NCBI GenBank assembly: GCA_937863565.1
Contig: CALMGJ010000020.1
Coordinates: 838 to 64,837 of the forward strand
Direction of reading: 5' to 3'
Source: an uncultured bacterium
GTDB lineage: Bacteria > AUK180
DNA length: 64,000 bases
The notes under the pieces are model-generated. The model was given only the letters and a program-made list of their open reading frames with translations. It made no database searches and was not told where the DNA came from. Each line of letters opens with the position of its first letter. The first letter of the stretch is position 1. Shown one piece after another: positions 58,658-64,000 of this stretch. The position numbers and the translations under genes are program-made.

Positions 58658-58756
58658 CCTGAGATTTGTCAAAGAAACTTATTCGGCTTGTTAAAAACTG
58701 AAATCATTTATTCTTGTCAGTGATTATAATGTATTTAAAATAAAAAATCAAGTATT

Positions 58757-58987
58757 TTATTGTTTTTTGACCTTGATCCTGATCCGCCACCCCTTCTCCC
58801 CTGCGTTAACGGCTTCTTCGACCTCGCATCCGAGGGCTCCGGCGCCCATCTTTATCTCTTCGAAGGATTGAGGGTGATCGCCTTTTATCGAAATAATATC
58901 CCCTTCATTCGCTTTGAGGACGGCTTTCCTCATATTGATAAGCGGATACGGGCAAGTTTTTCCGGTGGTATCGACTTCAATCTCCAT
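58757..58987 (-). CDS. tusA: TusA-like sulfurtransferase (SirA/YedF/YeeD family)
   Basis: CPYP motif (TCPYPLIN). Start at MEIEVD. Confidence 0.75.
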   Translation of the reverse strand: MEIEVDTTGKTCPYPLINMRKAVLKANEGDIISIKGDHPQSFEEIKMGAGALGCEVEEAVNAGEKGWRIRIKVKKQ

Positions 58988-59615
58988 TCGGGACGACCTC
59001 AACTTTTCTTATATCCCATAGAGGGCTGATGCGCTCAATGATCTCGTCCTTGACATTGGCGAAGAACTGCTCGTCTTCCTTCATTTTCACGTGTACCTTT
59101 ACAGTGCCCGAGGAGATATCGATGCCGTTCACAAGATCGGTGGAGATGATATCTTTTCCTAAAACGGGATTGATAACGCTTCTGAGCCTTTTTGTGACCG
59201 TGCTTTCATCGGTCGGGATTTTTTCTTTAAGAAGTCCGTGGGTATGTTCGTAATTCTCTATGGCTGTCTTCAACGCATCTACAGCCAACACGGCGCAGTG
59301 GATCTTGACCGGAGGCAAGCCTCCGAGTTCCCTGTTCGCGCTCTCCCAACTTATCTGCTTTGCCTCCTCTATGGTTTTGCCTTTGGCTATTTCAGTAATG
59401 ATCGAGGCAGTGGCGATATTTGAAGCGCACCCGTAGGATTGGAATTTAATATCCTGGATAACGAGTGTCTCCGGATCCACTTTAAGATAGAGTTTCACCA
59501 TATCCCCGCAGGCGGGCGATCCCTCTGTCGCTGTAGCGTCGGGATTTTCTATCTGCCCTACATTCTTCGGGTTCAGGAAGTATTTCAGTATGGTCTGGTT
59601 ATACGGCATCGACAT
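58977..59615 (-). CDS. nifU: NifU/IscU-like Fe-S scaffold N-domain fused to DUF59 (MIP18-like) C-domain
   Basis: GSPACGDMVKL...GCASNIATAS...HCAVLA (three scaffold Cys). C-terminal VTKRLRSVINPVLGKDIISTDLV resembles DUF59. Confidence 0.8.
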   Translation of the reverse strand: MSMPYNQTILKYFLNPKNVGQIENPDATATEGSPACGDMVKLYLKVDPETLVIQDIKFQSYGCASNIATASIITEIAKGKTIEEAKQISWESANRELGGLPPVKIHCAVLAVDALKTAIENYEHTHGLLKEKIPTDESTVTKRLRSVINPVLGKDIISTDLVNGIDISSGTVKVHVKMKEDEQFFANVKDEIIERISPLWDIRKVEVVPNGD

Positions 59616-59624
59616 ATTCGCTCC

Positions 59625-60779
59625 TTATTTTATGGGGCTTATTTCCCTCAATTTATTTACTACGAAACGCGCTTTTTCGGCGGCATACTCAATTTCGACT
59701 CCACTTGATAAGCGCGATAATCCGAATCTCACCGATCCGTGAGCCCTTTCATGCGTGTAGCCCAAGGCCATCATCACATAACTCGGTTCAAGGGATTCCG
59801 AAAAACACGCCGACCCGGTTATCACCGAGATGCCGTGCATGTCGAGATGGAGGACGATGGCCTCGCCTTCCGCTCTGTAGAAAGTCACATTGACATTATT
59901 ATCAACTCTTTTATCTTTCGGGCCGTTTAGAACGGCATCGTCTATTTTCAGAAGGTCCGCGATCAGTTTATCCCTCAGCGGCTTCACTTTCATTATGTTC
60001 TCCTTGTTCTTTTCTATCAATTCGGCGGCTTTGCCGGAACCGACTATGGCGGGAACATTCTCAAGGCCTGGCCTTATATAGAATTCATTGAAATTACCTT
60101 CGAAGAGCCTGTCTATTTTTACATTCTTGTTCTTATAAAGAATTCCGGCTCCTTTCGGACCGTGGATCTTGTCTGCGGAAAGTGTCATAAGAGAGATGTT
60201 CTGCTTTTTCACGTCGATGGGAAACCAGGAGAAGGCATAGGAGGCATCCGTATGGAACAGAACACCTCTTTCGGCGCAGAGCGTACCGATCCTCTCGATA
60301 TCCTGCATCGTACCTACTTCATGATTAACGTATGAAACGGAAACCAGAGAGGTTCTCTCTGTCAGAGCTCCCTTGATATCATCGGGATCCGCAAAACCTT
60401 CCCCGTCCACTTTAATAATGGAGGTCCCGAAACCTTCCTTTCCGAGTTTCTTGACGGAGTTCAGTACCGACCGCGGTTCTATGGGCGAAGTGATCAGATG
60501 ATCTCTCTTCTTCTTTCCGTAATACGCCGCTCCCTTAACGGCGAGATTATTCGATTCGGTCTCTCCGGAAGTAAAAATGATCTCGGAAGGTTCCGCATTA
60601 ATGCATGCGGCGATCCTTTCCCTTGCCTTTTCTATGGCATCAGAACCGAGGATGCCGTCCTGATGGGAGAATTGCGAAGAAGGGATGGCATAGATCTCGC
60701 TGAAATACGGGAGCATCTCCTTCAACACTTCGTCATCCACTCTAGTCGTTGCAATATTATCGAAATAATACCGTCTCAT
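59625..60779 (-). CDS. nifS: cysteine desulfurase (NifS/IscS, class V aminotransferase)
   Basis: YFDNIATT N-terminus, SADKIHGPKG PLP lysine, SGSACFS active-site Cys. Confidence 0.9.
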   Translation of the reverse strand: MRRYYFDNIATTRVDDEVLKEMLPYFSEIYAIPSSQFSHQDGILGSDAIEKARERIAACINAEPSEIIFTSGETESNNLAVKGAAYYGKKKRDHLITSPIEPRSVLNSVKKLGKEGFGTSIIKVDGEGFADPDDIKGALTERTSLVSVSYVNHEVGTMQDIERIGTLCAERGVLFHTDASYAFSWFPIDVKKQNISLMTLSADKIHGPKGAGILYKNKNVKIDRLFEGNFNEFYIRPGLENVPAIVGSGKAAELIEKNKENIMKVKPLRDKLIADLLKIDDAVLNGPKDKRVDNNVNVTFYRAEGEAIVLHLDMHGISVITGSACFSESLEPSYVMMALGYTHERAHGSVRFGLSRLSSGVEIEYAAEKARFVVNKLREISPIK

Positions 60780-61171
60780 AGAACTCCTTTTTCTGTGCAA
60801 AGCAGATCATGCTTTTTAAGGTATTCCTTTATATGTTTATTAAGCCCGTTCAGGATGTTCATTGTCGAGCAATCGGCGGAATTGCACTTGGAATTCCTGT
60901 AACAAAGGCCTTGCTCAACATCCCCCTCCAAAGCGATATAAAGATCATAAAGCGAAAGAGTTCTTCTGAAGGGATCGATCTTATAACCCCCGGCCGGGCC
61001 TCTTACGGTTGAAAGGATCCCTTTTCCTGTAAGGCAATGCGCAAGTTTTTCAAGATACTTTTTAGAGATACCCAGTTCAGCGGTCATCTCGGACATGCGC
61101 ACAGGGCCTTTTCTTTGCCGGATATATGTTACCATTCTCAGTCCGTAAATGAAACGCGTTGTAATTTTCAT
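60776..61171 (-). CDS. iscR: Rrf2-family transcriptional regulator (IscR-like)
   Basis: N-terminal wHTH (YGLRMVTYI...GPVRMSEMTAELGISKKYLEKL). Three C-terminal Cys. Start at MKITTRF. Confidence 0.75.
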   Translation of the reverse strand: MKITTRFIYGLRMVTYIRQRKGPVRMSEMTAELGISKKYLEKLAHCLTGKGILSTVRGPAGGYKIDPFRRTLSLYDLYIALEGDVEQGLCYRNSKCNSADCSTMNILNGLNKHIKEYLKKHDLLCTEKGVL

Positions 61172-61265
61172 ATCATTATACTCTACTAAATAAGTATACA
61201 ATAATCTCTCTTGAAAGTCAAGTATTTTCTGCTCTATGCTAAAATCATCGGGTGACCATTACCCG

Positions 61266-64000
61266 TTATTTAACAACTGCGAATTTACCTGTCTTATTCT
61301 CTCCGTGGGCATTGGTGATCACATAAAGATAGATCCCCGAGGATAATTTCCTCCTGTTTTCATTGCGGACATCGTAGTAAAGCGTCTTTTCCTCGTTCTC
61401 AAGCACCTTCACAAGAGAACCGTTTATGTCGAAGATCCGGATCACGCAGCCCTTTGTCAGGTTGGCGAATACGATTTCATCAGTTATTCCCGTATTGACG
61501 GGATTCGGGTACAGTATAAAATCCTTGAGATCGTCGAAGAAGAGCCTTGTGCCCGTGAAATCCAGTGTTTCAAATGCGGAAAGATCGTACAGCGCGGATG
61601 AATCCGGGAAAAATGACCAGTTCTGCAAAGACGGCGTTACCGTATATGTCGCGCCGGCATTCAGACCTGCGAATTCGTAATACCCCGTTACATCCGTTAC
61701 AGTACTTGCCGTGGTATTACCTGTAAGGTTCACGGTAACATTCGCAAGAGGATCCAATCCGTCGGTAATGGTTCCCGAGATCGTCCACGTATCGAAAGTG
61801 CCGGTAAAATCCCCGTCCGTAATGTCGGAGCCGAGTTCAGCGATCGTTATATCGGGAGGGTTGAAAGACCAGTGTGTTTTGGAAGCCGTAAGAGTGTACG
61901 CTGCGCCGGCATCAAGGCCGATAAACGAGTAGAATCCCGTATCGCTTGTTGTAGTGCTCGAAATTATTCCCCCGCTGATATTGACAGCTGCTCCCGGAAT
62001 AGGCGCTGAACCATCCGTGATTATGCCGGAGACAGACCATGTATTCAGTATCCCCGTGAAATCGGCACCGCTTATCCCGGCGCCGAGATCGGAATATATC
62101 CTTTCACCAGGAGAGAAGACCCAGTGCGTCATTGAAGGAGTAACCGTATATGTCGCCCCCGCATCAAGCCCCTTGAATGAATAGAATCCGGTATCCGAAG
62201 TTGTCGTGGAGGAAACGGCGCCGCCGATCAAAGAGACCGCAACATTAGCAAGCGCCGTGAATCCGTCTGTCACTGTTCCGCTGATATCCCATTTGTTGAG
62301 CGTTCCCGTGAAATCCGTTGTCATATGATCCGCAGAAAGCGCATTATAGGCCGTTTCTACGGGCAGGAACGTATAGTGGGTCTTCGAAGGTGTGATCGTA
62401 TAATCCGCCCCCGCATCAAGCCCCTTGAATGAATAGAATCCGGTATCCGAAGTTGTCGTACTTGCTGCAGCACCTCCGGAAAGGGAAATGGATACTCCGG
62501 GCATTGGATCTGTACCGTCGGTAACCGTTCCTCCGACATCCCATGTATCTATCGTCCCTGCGAAATCACCCGTATTGTTCCCCGAGAGTGAATAAAAAGT
62601 CCGGGAGGTCGGCGAGAAGTTCCAATATGTCCGGCTCGGGGTGACAGTATAGTCGCCGCCTTCCGTCAGGCCAGTAAAGATATAGAATCCCGTATCGCTC
62701 GTCGTAGTGGAAGCCGTCATACTGCCGGTAAGATTAATGGAAACGCCGTTCATCGGATTGCTCGAACCATCCTCTATGATGCCGGAAATGTTGTATGTTA
62801 TCAAAGTAGCTGAAAAATCAGCGGTTGATATATCGGCAGAAAATTCGGGATAATTCCGGCTCGAAGGAGCGAATAAATAATGTGTTTTTGACGGAGTTAC
62901 GGTATATGTCGCTCCGGCATCAAGCGATTTAAAGATATAGTATCCCGTATCGCTCGTTGTCGTCGAAGAGACCGCGCCGCCGCTTAAAGATACCGTAGCG
63001 CCGGAAAGAGGCGCGAGGCCCTCGGTTATTATGCCTGAAATATCGTATACGTTAAATGAGCCTGTGAAATCAACATCTGCTTTTTCCGAATCAAGTCCCG
63101 CAAATGTTATGAAGACCGGAGTGAAACTCCAATATGCTTTTGACGGGGTTACCGTATATGTAGCGCCGGCATTAAGCGATTTGAAGATATAGAATCCCGT
63201 ATCGCTCGTTGTCGTCGAAGAGACTGCCCCGCCGCTCAAAGAGACCGTAATACCGGTTAGCGGGTTGATGCCGTCTGAGACCACACCTGAGATATCGTAG
63301 GAATAAAGACCGCATATGAAATCCACGACCTCATCGGCACTGAGGTCGGGAAAGGCCGCAGATGCGGGACCGAACCAGTAGAATTGCTTTGAAGGATTGA
63401 TCGAATACGCTTCATGTGCTGGCAGGTCAGTGAAGGAGTAATCCCCGTTGATATCGGTCACGGCAGTATCGGATACGGCGCCGCTCAAAGTAACAAGAAC
63501 ACCGGGCATCGGCGAACCGCCGGATGTGATCGTCCCGGATATGGTATGCGGGGAGGAGAGAGTGGTTATTCCCAGCTCATCAGAAGCTGTCCTGATAAGA
63601 GGAATACAGTTCGAGACCGTAACCTTGTAATAATAATCGGTATCAGGTGTCAGACCCTCATCAGTGAAGCTCAGAGCTGTTGTGTCGGACACGAGAAGCG
63701 TTGCAGCGGCCGTATCCACAGGGCTTGTCCCGCTCCGGTACAATGAATAGAGCACAGGTTCCATCGTTTGTTCATCATCGGCAGCCTCTGTCCACTCAAT
63801 AACGGCATCCGTGCTTGAGTATGATGCAGAATCTATTCCGGAGGTCCCGGATACCGTCCAATCAGGAGCCGTGGTATCGGCGGGATCGCAAAGAGGCAGT
63901 GTTGATGCCGCAAGTTCATCAGATGCGGTCCCGGTAAGCGGAACGCAGTTGGAGACCGTTACTTTGTAATAATAATTTGTATCAGGTGTCAGGCCTTCAT
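61266..64000 (-). CDS. large T9SS-sorted surface protein, N-terminally partial (frame open to window end): FN3-like domains, about 8 tandem ~87-aa CarbopepD_reg-like beta-sandwich repeats, C-terminal T9SS sorting domain
   Basis: The frame is open upstream of the annotated Met to the window edge and encodes a second FN3-like domain (EGLTPDT.YYYKVTVSNC). Repeats of the form YDISG.I.DG..P..G..V.L.GG..SSTTTSDTGFY.FK.L.AGA.YTVTPSK. C-terminal LYPNPV......L.VITN.HG...GKFAV.K sorting domain. Confidence 0.8.
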   Translation of the reverse strand, partial: EGLTPDTNYYYKVTVSNCVPLTGTASDELAASTLPLCDPADTTAPDWTVSGTSGIDSASYSSTDAVIEWTEAADDEQTMEPVLYSLYRSGTSPVDTAAATLLVSDTTALSFTDEGLTPDTDYYYKVTVSNCIPLIRTASDELGITTLSSPHTISGTITSGGSPMPGVLVTLSGAVSDTAVTDINGDYSFTDLPAHEAYSINPSKQFYWFGPASAAFPDLSADEVVDFICGLYSYDISGVVSDGINPLTGITVSLSGGAVSSTTTSDTGFYIFKSLNAGATYTVTPSKAYWSFTPVFITFAGLDSEKADVDFTGSFNVYDISGIITEGLAPLSGATVSLSGGAVSSTTTSDTGYYIFKSLDAGATYTVTPSKTHYLFAPSSRNYPEFSADISTADFSATLITYNISGIIEDGSSNPMNGVSINLTGSMTASTTTSDTGFYIFTGLTEGGDYTVTPSRTYWNFSPTSRTFYSLSGNNTGDFAGTIDTWDVGGTVTDGTDPMPGVSISLSGGAAASTTTSDTGFYSFKGLDAGADYTITPSKTHYTFLPVETAYNALSADHMTTDFTGTLNKWDISGTVTDGFTALANVAVSLIGGAVSSTTTSDTGFYSFKGLDAGATYTVTPSMTHWVFSPGERIYSDLGAGISGADFTGILNTWSVSGIITDGSAPIPGAAVNISGGIISSTTTSDTGFYSFIGLDAGAAYTLTASKTHWSFNPPDITIAELGSDITDGDFTGTFDTWTISGTITDGLDPLANVTVNLTGNTTASTVTDVTGYYEFAGLNAGATYTVTPSLQNWSFFPDSSALYDLSAFETLDFTGTRLFFDDLKDFILYPNPVNTGITDEIVFANLTKGCVIRIFDINGSLVKVLENEEKTLYYDVRNENRRKLSSGIYLYVITNAHGENKTGKFAVVK

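Overview
Window from a bacterium of moderate GC (about 45-50%), probably from the FCB group: the last gene encodes a large secreted protein with a type IX secretion (T9SS) C-terminal sorting domain. The annotation below was made by eye from the supplied six-frame translations plus a manual scan of intergenic DNA; no similarity or HMM search was run. Content in order: (i) 1-2200, a strongly AT-rich islet holding an Abi_2-type abortive-infection gene and a small membrane-protein gene bracketed by ~30-bp imperfect direct repeats (about 24 of 30 positions), followed by a heptamer-repeat tract. (ii) A minus-strand, translationally coupled operon: orphan efflux adaptor, unknown membrane protein, O-antigen-ligase/TPR fusion, M55 D-aminopeptidase (DppA), Nif3. 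(iii) yjbQ. (iv) A 15-kb plus-strand operon that opens with a 3133-aa all-TPR protein and continues with a VanZ-like protein, a sensor histidine kinase, a sigma-54 response regulator and three secreted/outer-membrane hypotheticals. (v) A four-subunit 2-oxoacid:ferredoxin oxidoreductase (porGDAB-like) behind a consensus sigma-70 promoter, running directly into a Roadblock / MglA Ras-like GTPase / MglB / DUF4388 (PATAN-like) polarity module, then mnmA. (vi) ltaE and tRNA-Leu(CAG). (vii) A five-gene signalling operon: HD-GYP+GAF phosphodiesterase, SLH-domain membrane protein, coiled-coil wHTH protein, FHA protein, NFACT-R (DUF814) protein. (viii) Cell-wall amidase, murI, rph, a large radical-SAM/DUF2344 fusion. 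(ix) A NosR/NapH-like CxxCP membrane protein, an FMN-binding lipoprotein, two multi-zinc-ribbon proteins and a 409-aa unknown. (x) DUF47-PiT phosphate transporter pair, nadE, groES-groEL with a consensus promoter and CIRCE-like operator, lepA, rho, a GGDEF cyclase, tRNA-Ser(GCU), an iscR-nifS-nifU-tusA Fe-S cluster, and the T9SS multi-repeat surface protein. The most novel-looking elements are the giant TPR operon, the MglA/MglB/PATAN module fused to the por operon, and the Abi islet with cassette-like flanking repeats.
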